Assembly (NCBI GenBank): GCA_965644265.1
Contig: OZ286459.1
Span: forward strand, 97,402,001 to 97,466,000
Length of the DNA stretch: 64,000 bases
Source of the DNA: Glycera tridactyla
Taxonomy: Eukaryota
Direction: 5' to 3'
The position numbers were made by a program, and so were the translations under genes. Below are positions 11,340 through 24,400 of the stretch, in pieces (the stretch's first letter is position 1; each line of letters begins with the position of its first letter). The notes below the pieces were generated by a model that made no database searches, had not been told where the DNA came from, and saw only the letters and a list, made by a program, of their open reading frames with translations.

Positions 11340-12350
11340 CTCGATGTCTGTTTTACATACCGACTTTGAGCACGGAGGGAGAACATCAGCTGCCGCTTTC
11401 ACCATCAGTAAAACATACTCGACCTGACTTCTGAATGGGGTAACAATCTTCTCAGCTTAGCTGAAGGTGATATAGATTGCATTCGATCATAAAAAGCATA
11501 AATCACCAAAAAGTTTATCATTTATCCAACCTCATTATCATCATTTTAAGCAATGCTTGAATATGGCCTGAAAACTTGAAGATCATTCAAATACTGCATG
11601 AATATCGAGTGCTCCAGGAAAAGCATCTGTGAATCATTCGAATGTGCAGGATTTTCAGTCATTGGAATACCAGACAATGAAGCAGCTGACAGAGTTGCAA
11701 AAGCAGTGTTCAATTTACAATCACTATAATGCAAATCCATTATTCAGATTTATTGATAATTCGCGGCAGAATAGATGGGATGAGCAGGTAAACAATGAAC
11801 TACATAGTGTTAGACCAAAGGTAGCTTGAAAATAAGACGACTAGGTAGATGCGAGGAGATAGTCCTTCCTCGCCTGGGATCGGGACATACTCACCCAACT
11901 CATACTTATCTTTTGAAAAAGATCCTTCACAGTGTTCAGCGTGTCAGTGCCAGCTGACTGTAAAGCATATTCTACTTGAATGGGCAGACTTTGCCCAGGC
12001 AAGAATCATCTATCATGATGTTCAAGACATAAAAGAAGTTTTTGAGAATGCCAACATCCAAAAATATTTTTTGGAGAATGCCAACATCCATAACTCATTT
12101 GATTTTCTCAACGATATTCTCATATGAATCGCCCAGTACAGGCCGACTGGGAATCGAAGACCGACCATGTGTGTCTTTGCCCTTTTACACGTAGATGCCT
12201 TTTGTTGTTCAAAAAGAGTTGAAGATTGTCCTGGTACACAGCTCCTTTCTTCAGCATCTGAAGGGTCTCTCAATAGTTTTTTTGGCATAACTCAGTCCGA
12301 TATGACACATTAGTTGTTGAAGGGACGTCGAACAAAAATCAATTATTTAA
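11340..12350 (+). mobile_element. I-group (I/Nimb/Loa-like) LINE 3' end: RNase H, CCHC knuckle and 3' UTR, decayed
   Basis: Broken frames read HTD..GRTSAAA, TYST*LLNGVTIFSA*LKVI*IAFDH, KKFIIYPTSLSS, IGIPDNEAADRVAKA (RNase H), EEIVLPRLGSGHTHPTHTYLL and QCSACQCQLTVKHILLEW (CCHC with the last Cys changed to Trp). The tail is TAGTTGTTGAAGGGACGTCGAACAAAAATCAA. The element may extend upstream. Confidence 0.88.
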
Positions 12351-12354
12351 TCGA

Positions 12355-12620
12355 CCAACTTACCTACCTACCCGCCTACCTACCCATATAACTGCCTACC
12401 TAAGCAACTATTTACACACCTACCTGCCTACCTAAACAACCACCTACCTACCAACCTACCTATGTATCCGTGTCGTACCTACCTACTTACATGCATCTCT
12501 CCCTCCCTATATGAATACCCACCTACCTACATACCTAACGATCTACCTACCTACCTACCTACCTACCTACTCACCTACCTACCCACTTACTTACTTACCG
12601 ACCGACCTACCTACCTACCC
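12355..12620. repeat. Degenerate (CTAC)n microsatellite
   Basis: ACCT/CTAC runs immediately after the LINE tail; these explain the PTYL ORF. Confidence 0.95.
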
Positions 12621-13537
12621 AGTATTCAATTCTGATTGTCAAGTAGCAGATATGATTTCACCGTCACATACCAGGGTCCATTACAGGGTGTTGCTACTGC
12701 GTGCGTTTCCCGGAAACCCTAGCAACTAAGAGCATCGACCGAATCTCTAATGTACACAGAGATCAATGAAGCAATTCACGGATGCACATGTACATAAGTG
12801 AAGTGCTTCAATTAAGACATGGTGGTTAGAGACCATATATACTGTTGGAGAATATGTGTATTCATTGCACACTGTAATATCTTACTGGTGGGCGTTTCTG
12901 TGTGTTCGCTGAATGCCATATTTGCTTTGTTTTAGTGGATTCAATATGCTAGAGCCAGCCAAATATGCCAGCTTGGAAGAATGATACCATCGCTATCAGA
13001 GAGTATAATATCAGCTGGGAGGCAGGGAATACGTGTATTGGTTACAGATGAGCTTCAAGGATGACTTTTTTTTCTAGATTTGCTTATCTTCAATAGATTT
13101 CGTCCAGTCATTCTTTTATATCCAGCTATATACCACGGTCAGATCGAGACCTTCACACCGTCTTAGGAAACACCCATGCTCACTACAAAGAGGCGAGTTG
13201 TGTGTAGCCATCCCAGTCCTCCACTGAACAGCGTTTTTGAGATATCTGCCTGCGGCTGGAGATCTCTTTGGGCAGTTGGAGATCTCTTTGCTATCATAAA
13301 GCTGCTCCACCTGCGCACTAATTTTGCCAATTCTGGTGCTCTGGACTCTAATTATCGTTCGCAACTTCGGGGCCGTGTGACAGATATGGGTGATGTAATC
13401 CAGCACCATTTTACCATGATTCATTGATCTGTTGAACGACCTTTTGAGATGATGTCATCCTAAGATGAATACCAACACTCCTAACAGTTCATTTTATGGC
13501 TTGAAACCATATCACACAGATTTTAGTGGCTCGTACT

Positions 13538-13695
13538 CAGTTGAACCGTCACAGAATACCATCTCTCTATAAAGACCAGCTTTCCATATAGGCCACCCTG
13601 AGCTGCGACCATTGTAGTATTTTCGACAATCAATGACCTCTACCATCTGCCTATAAAGGCCCCTTTTCATGCTACCGAAGGTTCGGCCACATGTA
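13538..13695. mobile_element. Degenerate Tc1/mariner-type MITE related to 28090-28218
   Basis: CAGTTGAACC..CTCTCTATAAAGACCA..CCTATAAAGGCC..GAAGGTTCGG; shares internal motifs with 28090-28218. Confidence 0.55.
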
Positions 13696-16365
13696 TGATT
13701 GCCGAATCGCCACGGTGCACCATTCAGAACCGGAAATACACCGCTATACAGATATATATAACCTATGCTGCTTATACTGGAGGTTAGGGATAAATGTGTG
13801 ACACCTCCATATGTTAGCAGCCCACTTGTCCAAGGCGATGGATAGGTTCTCAATCATGAGCAGTGATCAACCCCTCAGTTCAACTGTGTTTGTGTTTCTC
13901 TGTGTCGCGTCAATATATAGTCATATTCTCATACCTGCACTGACAGACTAAGCAAGCCTTCATGCTGTTCTCCGCGATAACGAATCATTCGTTAAAACGT
14001 GAGAAACATTATACATCATTTAGAAAGTTATAATGCGCTGCTATCATGAGTGCATTAGATCTAACTCAGGTTGCACGAAGATCCACTATTTTTTTGCTCC
14101 TTTAAAACCAACTTCAGCCATCACATTTGTCTTGACTCTTGTCGACTGGGGAACCTGTGTGTGGTTGCGGATGGATCGTCAACCTCTAGAGAAGAGCGTC
14201 AATAACGCAGGGATGCTGGTGAGTGAACTTTAATTTGACATTTACCTAGCAGGCTCGGTTCGTCTCACTGATGGATGGAAGTGTATTCGCCTGGTTGGGT
14301 GGGTGGGTGGGTGGGTTGGTGGGTGGGTGTTAGACTGCAGCTTGACATTCGCCTAGAAGCTGGAGTGTCGTCTATGTGGTGGATAGAAAGAAGTGTGTTC
14401 CTTGCTGATGAAGACATTGTTAACACATCAAAGGTGTGCCAAGGTGTGATCTCGTGGATATTCTCTAGCTGCCATAAGGGTCCTATCATGCCTCGATCAC
14501 ACTGACGCTGACTAGGGCTTGCTTTACAAGGGCATTAACCGGTCCAGGATAGCGTAGGTATTCTCAATTACAACATTTTTCTTGGAAGCTCATAGTAATT
14601 GGAGCATTCTGCCATTTTGAATGCACATGCATTCAGTAAAACGGGACCAAGGTTAAAGATGAGCATAGTATTTCTGTATAGATTTGCTCAACTCTAATGG
14701 ATTCCCCACCCTACCCCCTCTTCCTCTCTTTTGCCTGCAGTCTGAAACGTGAGGTGCTATCCGCACTTCATCAGTGTATATTATGAAGCCTTCTTTGTAA
14801 ACAAGAGGTGACATACTGAACAGTTTTCAGTATCTGAATATGAAAACCCTCACCATATATCTAGGGATCGGTACTTTGAATGATCCTTCTCATGCACGTT
14901 ACACAAGCGTCTCAATATAGCCCGTATAATACAGATGGACAGGGAAACGACCCTCCAACGATTGAAAATCATCCAAAGTGAAAGCATCAAAAGTATTCCA
15001 GGATACTTTCTGCGTAGAGCATCGCAATGTGGTTGCACCTGTCTATTAGAGGAAATAAATTCATTCATAAGACCAGCGAGTTGATTCGAGATAATAATGA
15101 TGTGACCAGGACATATATTTTCTTCAACGGCTGTATTTCATGTATTTTTCTGGAGGTAAGATCTCACTTATTCCGGTTTTATTGACATCTTCATATAGTC
15201 AAAGTGAGCGTAGGAAATTGAGGAGCGACCACATGCGGTCTCTGTACTACGCTTTCTCCGGGACTCTGTGCAGATCATCGAAGCGCAGTTGCTGCAACTT
15301 TTGAGTGGAGATGATTTCGTTGATAAGGCCAGCAGACTAGTTCCCGATGGTAATCCTCAGGCTGACATCCAATCCACCGCCGAGCAATCCCCATCAGTCT
15401 ACATTTAAATTCACTAAACTACAATTTGAGCTACAATTGTGATTCAAGAAGTGACTTTCCTCGGCGATGCCTGAACACGTGGTTTTACAAAGACCTTGTT
15501 GAGAAAATGAACGATTGTTTGATGTTTTCTGATTGATCATGCACATGGGATTTACCACCATTTGTAATTTCCACGTCATCGAAAATATTCGAAATGTTTT
15601 CGAATGTACCCGATTAGATTGACACGTACACAGGCACTTCAATCAATAGTGGCCATGGAATTTACTATTACTTTCTCGAAAGGTCCAAATCCTGATGAAA
15701 ATCATACTGCCGATGATTATGTAGCGGTGGGCTCATCGCGTATGACAGTGAATTCCACAATTTCTTATCACTCCATTAGGAATTCAGCAGGATGAGTCGA
15801 ACCCATGCTGACTGCATAGGCGTCTCAATATGACCCCATTTTGTTGGCGAGACAATAGATACTGAGATCATCCGATTCCAACCCAACTCCAGAGCAACGG
15901 GATATCGCATCAGTGCTTCTTTGTCCAGTTGTCCAACTGAAGAAAGAATGCGAGTGCATACGGAGAGCTTTCATAGCATGGAGCTCTCACATCCTCAGCA
16001 CAATAAACCGCTACTCGATCAGGCCACCGAGATTTATTCGCCAGTTGGAATTGTAAGTTTCTTTTTGGCTTGAAAGACTGCACACATATCCGCTAATCGA
16101 TGATGATGATTAAAAAAAAACCTCACGTTGGTGCTCATTCTGACAGGCATTTATTCACACTTCATGATCCAGAAAGCAGGACAGTCAGCCACTACAACAC
16201 TCACACCTGGCACTCCACTTTCTGTCTCAGCCGCACTGGTGAGACATTCATTCATGCATTTAGGTGTAAATCATTATCAACACACATGTTTCTATTCAGT
16301 TACCCTGATCCATTGAGTGCCGTACTACAACACAGAAGTATTACCACCTCCATGTGAGTAGGGTA

Positions 16366-16545
16366 GTTTGTTTGTTTGTTTGAGGTTTATCGGCATGTAT
16401 CAACCCACAGGATTATGTATGCCGTGTGTTCCTGGTCAATGAAAGCTAGATGTTCTTTCACCTGCAGACATCACTCTAACAAACCCTGATCACAAGATGA
16501 AGGGGAACCTGAAAGGTTGTCAAGTGGAAGTAGCTGACACACCTC
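16366..16545 (-). mobile_element. Dispersed SINE-like repeat, copy E, with a (CAAA)n tail
   Basis: The reverse complement reads TCAGCTACTTCCACTTG..TCATCTTGTGATCAGGGTTTGT..TGTCTGCAGG..CCAGGAACACACGGCATACAT..GATAAACCTCAAACAAACAAACAAAC. Confidence 0.7.
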
Positions 16546-17029
16546 TACCTACTCTTCATGAACAAAGTGAATCTAATGATTGCATATCTAACTATGTAAC
16601 CGGCTGGAAGCCAACACTCAAGCCTGATAGCAATGGTTTTTTGGCAAAGCGCAGTACTTGAGTCTGTATATGAAACATAAGACCACGAGAGGATATATAT
16701 GCGAATGTATCATAGCAACATGGTGAATGTACATCAATTTGACATATGCATCAGCTTGAAGAATATAAATGAATACTATGATACAATTTTCAATATTACA
16801 GATTGGGTTCACGATATTGCGATGAATGTGGAAATAATGGGGAAACGTACTGGAAATGGAGAGTGGCAATCGGATGTAGAGAAATATCTTTTGTACAATG
16901 TTATATTGAGCAGTAACAACATATAATTCCGGCAACACAGTTATAAATTCAATGAGAATGGGGGAAATGGAAATTGAGCGTAGCCGATGAGTAAACTCAC
17001 AAAATAGATGGTATGATTACCATGGAATA

Positions 17030-17150
17030 TTTAAGCCACTATCAAGCGCTGTTCCTGATTGGCTGACAGTTGGCAACTATCCCAATCAAGAAGAGTTCAC
17101 TGGAAGAGCGAAACGTTAGTCTTTTGATTATACTCAAACTTTCATTTTAT
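17030..17150 (+). mobile_element. Possible solo Penelope pLTR remnant with a degenerate hammerhead 3' half
   Basis: TCAAGAAGAG..GGAAGAGC-GAAAC-GTTA-GTC has an intact GAAAC/GUC stem III. The 5' core and stem II are degraded, and no adjacent GIY-YIG frame was found. Confidence 0.25.
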
Positions 17151-18274
17151 CCCATACAATGGGTCAATTTTTAGCTTTTCTTCAATGTCAGCAGTGTTAC
17201 TGCCTGTTTAACACATGGTGATGCTATTCGCAAGGGGGAAAATGTGGCTGTAACTAACACCTCGCCAGATATCATTTGTGTATAGGGTTAAAGAGATGGG
17301 GAACAAGTATTCACGCTTGACATACTCCGAAAGGACGATATGACTGTATTTGTTGAAATTAGGTCACATGCCATGTCAAAAGAATGGATACTTGAAGAAG
17401 TGGTGTCATGTACGGGTAAAAGCTAGACAAAGACAAAGGGCTGCTATAACAACAGGGTGGGGAATTTGGTGGAATTGCCAGTATCAAATGAAGCATTTCA
17501 ATGGTACCTGATGGGTTGGCGGTTGATTATTCCAGCTGTGATGTGGTCATGTTTACGGCTGCGTTCACCCTAACCCCTGAACGTGTAATTTCCATATTTT
17601 GGTGTAGTGATGGAAATCAACTCGGGTATGCTTGACGAATGTTATAAAATGTAAATAGAGATGCTGCAGCATGCACTATCTCCTCACATATTTGGTACCT
17701 TCAGACTGCAATAAGAGCCATTCCCGATGGAAGTACATATCATTCTTCTGGGTACAAACTGGGGGCGGATTATGAAGAGCCGTGGTCCATCTGAGCCATT
17801 AAGATGATCAGATTGACTTGCTTCATCTTTCACGCTCCATAATGGAAGCAGTCGCTTGTAATTTGTTATCGCTGCAGTTGGATTTGATTCAATCTGACAG
17901 ACCTTTGTTTAAACCCATAGTCTGCGTCTTCACTCAGGGAATCAAATAATATTTCAAACCACAGTTACAATATGACATAGTTATCCAGAAAGAAACGCTA
18001 TGACAGCTGTCAAAGTGATCATTCAGACACCTCTATCGGACTGAAGGTGAGATGAGCAAATGGGCAGACAAGTCAAACTGCATACAAATGGTAGAGAATC
18101 ACGCTCAATGTATCTCATAGGATAAAAATATCGACGAAGAGCTTACAGCAGGTTCTATATAAAGCTCCTAATTTGTACATTACCTGAAAGCTAGAGCTAT
18201 TCGATGCCCTATATCGCACATTGCGATGGTTATCATATTGATATCATATTTTGAATATGACATGCATTTGTTGT

Positions 18275-18520
18275 ATCATCGTCATCATCATTGTCGTCGG
18301 TCGCCGTCGTCGCCGTCGTCGTCATCGTCATCATCGTTTCCATCATTGTCGTCGGTCGCCGTCGTTGTCGTCAACTTAATAATCATTATCATCATCATTA
18401 TTTTCATGATCGTTATTCACATTAGGATCTTCATTATCATCATGATTACATTTACATCCATTACATTTATCATTGTGATCATTATATCAAAAGTCATGAT
18501 TATTTTCATCATTATATCAT
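18275..18520. repeat. (ATC/GTC)n trinucleotide low-complexity tract
   Basis: Runs of CAT/CGT; these explain the poly-Ser/poly-Ile ORF 18226-18543. Confidence 0.9.
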
Positions 18521-21500
18521 TATATTCCTTAGAGGGCTCCTAGAATAGACGTTCCATATCACCACTTTGAAATGAGAGCTCATCAGTCTCACATGCGGTG
18601 ACTCTGTATACCAACAGTTCGCGGAACCTCCCGCATTTCGTCAACATGAGCAGCAATTCCGCGTATCTTCCTCACAATGGCAAGCGACTGGCATCGTTTG
18701 AAGATTGGAATCTGATGGAACTAATTAAAGATGTTCGCATTTACCTGATGCACCATTAGTAGCGACTGGTTTGATGGCATTCCTTCAATAGTGGTAGACT
18801 ACCATCACGTTTTACGCCATTCTCATATCAGGGATCTAATGAAATATTGATGAATTAAGTGGGTCAGACCTCCCCATCCTTTTTGTTTGTGCCTAACATT
18901 GACATTAGAAGGATAACGTGTCGTCATTATGAAAACATACAATGTGTGTGTGTGTGTGTGTGTGTGATTCGAGCCTAGTCACTTATACCGAGGGTGTTGT
19001 ATGTGGTTGATGTGGGAGCTGCGTGCCACGTAGACATATTTCTGATGAATGTTAAGGGATGCTGGTGTCATAGATGGCTGTATCGGATGATGTATTACCG
19101 TTAGGCAAGACTGCATACGTCCATTGTTCACGAAAAATGTCTGGTGTGCTTTACAAAGAACAGTTGGTTATTGAATACCATCACCGAATCCCACGTGATC
19201 AAACTGTCATGGCATTGTACGAAACCGAGTTCCATTTGAATTGATTTGGCAGTGCGACTGGTGATAGTTGTTAAGCGATCCCGGCTTCTTGCGTTGTAGC
19301 GTTGCTCAGGAAGAGTGACGAATGGGACAGCCAGTGTCTGAGGACCTGAAAACTGCTGACCAAGGATTTGTTTTTGTCATTAATTGACACAAGGATTTGG
19401 CTTCGCTGCCACAATAATTTACGTACGTATACCATCAAAGAAGGAATCTACAGAAAAATGTAAAACCCGAGGGTGAAAAATTAAACTGAAATCATAAGTG
19501 AGATTTGAATATAATAATTTTGTACCGGCGATTTCCAATGCTTCCAGTGTCTGACGAATTATCATCGAATTACCATCATTCACCAACACGGAGAATGAGT
19601 TTTCGTTTGGCTAATGGGATAGTATTGTCCCTGATAGGCCCCAAGATGGCGCAATTTGGGTACTGAAAAAATAAATCCTATGTATACCTCAATGGAAAAA
19701 CTATAGCTTCCGTATAGAATATACGGAAATATCACTGTAATGCTACCTCATCTACTCCTGCTCCTCACCCATCTTCTTTNNNNNNNNNNNNNNNNNNNNN
19801 NNNNNNNNNNNNNNNNNNNNNNNNNNNNNNNNNNNNNNNNNNNNNNNNNNNNNNNNNNNNNNNNNNNNNNNNNNNNNNNNNNNNNNNNNNNNNNNNNNNN
19901 NNNNNNNNNGGTCCTCTTGTATAGCGGCTCTCAAATCCCTCGATCATGTCATCACCGATATGTACGCATATAAACAAACCAACGTGAGAGCCATGAAATG
20001 AATCACGTACTACCTAATTCACGCAATACCGTAGGTTAGCCAACATCTTCTGACTGATGACATATCCACCGTGTATAAATGCTCTCACAGATATCGACCC
20101 CTGGCGATTGAAAGGGTCCAAGTGTTATCGCAGTGGTGTCGAGTGAATCACCCAAAACATGTTTTCGTCCTGCAATTTCCTTCTGAATCGTCAGGAAACA
20201 TATAGGATACCATAATCCATCAGTTGTCGTATGAAATACCTGGATTCATGTGGAGAATAGGGAGATAGACATCAATTGGCAATGATACCCTTCTAATCCC
20301 ACAATCTTCAGACTATTTCAGTCTCAGAAGGGCATATGACTCTTTAAATGTTTCATGGAAGTAGCATGATTTTCTAGATCCTGAGTGATAAAGATTATCC
20401 ACTTATGATATTATGCTCATGTCAAGTCTGGAACCAACCAGAAGATGATATCATGCCGTCGGATGGCGATATCTTTGTTGTCAAGATAACGTTGATCATG
20501 TTGATGCTCAATTTTGATGGTTGGCTTCTTGTGTGATGGAAGTTTTGTGAGGTAACAGGTGAATATTGATATATTACCTTCATAGCGCTCAGTTCAGGTG
20601 GGCAAACATGGCATTGGCACATCCATCAAGTAACCCCTCCACTGCCCGATTACTTCCACATTCAGCAAAGCCATTTGGTTCATCAGGTAATATATACTAT
20701 AGCACGTGCTTGTAACCACTGGCAAATACCACCATATTCAGCTGGTGAGATGGCAAGGCCTCCACCAGGCAGGCGCTTATATCGGCATGGCTTAATTGGC
20801 TAATATGGTCAGTGAGATTAAAAGATATAGATACGTGTGAGAATGAGATCATGAAGTGAGATATGAGAACATGTATATATGGGCAGGTACAACCACAGTG
20901 ATCAATTCCCACTCAGTTTCTAATTTCGTAAGTCACCTCTATGTGGGATGTGTGGGGTGCTCCATTCGATGTTGATTCGTTGGTATTTGCTGGGTAGTTA
21001 CCACCCGATGAATGATCAGAGCGAATGATTTTTATTATGATGCCTGTATACTCAATGAGGCGGTGGAACTATCTCATGTACATTTTGTTATCGTTTGATG
21101 AGTGATGAGAACGGATAATTTTGATTATGCCTATCATTGATTTCAATTCGGTAAAATCCAAAAATGCTGGTTGCTGCATTGACGTATGTCTTCTCTATTT
21201 GAGGGAAATCGGCGAGCTGTATTAAGCGAAAATAGCAAACAGTACGCTGGGACAGTTATGTACAATAATGGTATGAACATATAATGGACTAGCTACTTCA
21301 AAACGTTTTTAAAGAGTAAACATGCTAGGAGTACATGGTGCACCAATACGCAAACAACCTCATCCACTTTTCCCGCTGCATGTCTGCATGCCTGCGTGTC
21401 TATCTATCTATCCATCTATCTCTCTATCTGACTAGCTGACTGGCTAACAAGCTATGCATCATCATTATCATCATCACCATTATCATCGTCATCATCTTCA

Positions 21501-22869
21501 TCATTACGTAAAGAATGAGGAGGATGGGGGCATGGTAGAGCGAGAGGAGAAAAGGGAGAAGTAGTAATTGAAGGGTGATGGGCAAAAGGACGATGAGGGG
21601 ATGCGAAGGAGATGAGAAAAATGACGAATGCCTTTGCTGGGGATAAAGGGGGAGAGCTTCCTGCCGCCTGGATTTTGTCCGTCAGGATTCCTACTGAATG
21701 GACACACGCAAGGCGGTGGAATGCCTACTTTCATGTTCCCGGACCCCAGATCCTCGAGTAATATATCTTTTAAATGTAGCCGCCAACGATGTGACGGATC
21801 ACGAGGAAGTAGCATTGGCTGGCCAGTGATCGACCTCAGTGTGCCAAGCAATGCTAGTTCGTTTAGTTTATATCATGAGTGATTCTGAAGAGCTGACACA
21901 GTGGTGAAAGTGAACATAGGCGGGCAACAGACGGAATGGGCGGGACACGGTGCGAGTATGGGCAATGTTATCCACTTAACCGGATTCAGGAGCCGTTCAA
22001 AATGTCAACAGATAGACAATGCTTCTATTAGCACCAACACAGATCACCAATCTAGTCCTTGCAATCATATTGCCTGCTTATTCCATCAGGCTTCTAGAGT
22101 GGGTGCCTGACACTGCCACTGGAGGCGGACATCTTACCCGTAGCCTAGCTCTCTATTGACGAGAGAGCGCAAACACCAATCAGTCTCTATTTTCCTTGGC
22201 AACTTGTATTATACACCATGATGTGATATGGTATTCATATATGCGAGCGACTGCAGCATCTCTTGCAAGTGATGAGTTGTCACTTAGTATTATACTAGAC
22301 ACGAGACACTGGCGATATCGTATAGATGTACAATCTTCTGTATATACAAGTCCGGTCTTTTACAAAGGTACTTGAATTTACGGAGACTAATCCTGTCAGA
22401 ATCAATATCTAGACACTCATATTTAAATAACCACTCCATCCCTTCACAGCACTTTTCAGAAAATATCAACAAAATCCGAAGCTGAATTCATTCCGTTCCA
22501 TTAATTGAAAATCAAATGTTACGGTCCATTCATCTACCATGCATTGAATCCGTATTTGAGATATACCACTCATACTTCGGAATTATCTGAGCCGATATAC
22601 ACTGATTGTTCTACATTCATGAAACGATTCAAGTAAGATCAAACGTGGCAATGTCTAGCCAAACACTCAAAAAGTTCATAGAACGAACTGACAAACTATA
22701 TAGAGGCCCGAAAGGTAAAACCCCAAAGTAGGAATCTCAAACTTTCGACGAAGGGGGTCATATATGGACACATAAAGACACATTGCACCCTTTGCCCAGC
22801 GAATTTTCATCGAATTACAAATAAAATGGTTATCATTACGGAAGATACGGATGTGATCAGGACTCATCT

Positions 22870-22950
22870 GACTGAAAGTGGTCTAGGAAATGTTACGATA
22901 TATTCTGTAAGTGTTAACAATTATTCATGTGAGGGTTCGAGTCCGAGTAA
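22870..22950 (+). other. Possible decayed tRNA-derived SINE head (Pol III A/B boxes)
   Basis: AGTGGTCTAG (22877-22886) and GGTTCGAGTCC (22934-22944) are at plausible spacing; no cloverleaf could be recovered. Confidence 0.25.
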
Positions 22951-24294
22951 CCATTGGTTGTATGGCTGCCACTGATTCTCGCCACTATTTACGTGCCATC
23001 CACTATGGCCGGCCTTATTGTGTAGCCGGGTATTTGTTGATTGTATGTCCAAACTGAGTATAGCAAGCCGTACTCGTGTTTTATGCATTTTAAATTCTCT
23101 CTGCCTCGACTCGGTCTTGTGCCATTCACATCAATCTCACTCTATCTGCCTCCCATTAAAAACACATCCATTGCCACATCTACTGAAAAATCTCTAGTGA
23201 AGGTGATTTTATTGTGACATTTGACGCCGGGCAAAACGGTCCAAAGAGGATCAGACGGGTTTCCAGGTGAATGCTTCACAATACTGCTTTAACATGCATC
23301 CCTTTATGACAGCGTTCACAAGGCTTACTTTTTAAATGGTGTCTTCAGGTTCAGTGCGAGCTTGCGAATGTTTGAAAAGTCAACAGCACACTGTGAATGC
23401 TACGGTCGCATTGGCTGACAGCCAAGAGCTCTAACCATGTTGACACTGTGAGGGTCTGACATTGACATGAAAGAATGGCACGGGGACCATGCATTTCTAA
23501 TCCAAGCAACCAATTGATTGCTCAAACATGGCTTGATATTCGGAATCAGATCAAAGATAATATCTGGACCTTGGCCTTGTATCATGTTATCGTTAAACTT
23601 CGTCTATTTTGTTTTGTCTGCTGGGGCGAGTGATTCGGTCAATCCAGAAATTAATGAGGGAAGGAGAGAGGAGAGAGAAAGACGGGCGGAGTCTGAATGA
23701 AAGAGAAACGGGAAAGAAGGAAGGGACAGGTGGGGGATATAGTAGGGTTGGTGGGATGGAAAAAGACTTCTGACGTACACAAACTCGGGTTATATCAAAA
23801 CCGAATCTCCACAAGTTGTCACCTGATATCACTATTCCATCATAGTCCTTACCCAAGCCTTACGGATCTCATTCGGTCGGCCCGGACTCTGAATCTGGAC
23901 TTATGCAATAGACTAACCAGTTACATGAGCGCAGTACTTCTCTTCAGCTCAAACACTACAGAAATATGAATTGTCGAGATTTGGTGTTTGATGCTGCTAC
24001 ATCTTGTTCAGTTCAGGATGTCAAGTGTAGCTGTAATATATCGGGAAACGAGATGACTATGACAGAGAACGTCATCTGCTCTTTCATTCTATCATCATTA
24101 GCTGGTAAGATACACAGGTGACTTATGCCTCGCCATGTAATGCCAACAACTATGAACAAACAGCAGCTAAGATCACACAGTCAACAACTTCCTCGGCATG
24201 AATGTCAGCTATATGATCATCTAGAAATGTGTTTTGTTATATTTGAAAGATATCACCTATCCACTCTACAAGCAGCAAACCATATTGTATATCA

Positions 24295-24400
24295 TGGCTA
24301 CTTCATCTTGTGTTCCGGGTGCAAGAGTGATACACGTAGTGGACAGAGTATCCAGTTATTGTAGGTCAGGAACACACGGTATGCATACATATTTGAGAAG
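24295..24400 (+). mobile_element. Dispersed SINE-like repeat, copy F (partial)
   Basis: TTCATCTTGTGTTCCGGGT..AGAGTGAT..ATCCAGTT..TCAGGAACACACGGTATGCATAC matches copy E. Confidence 0.5.

Noticed and set aside
15831-15833. In-frame TGA within a longer open frame, considered as selenocysteine
   Set aside because: No SECIS was identified, there is no redox motif context, and the exon structure is unproven.
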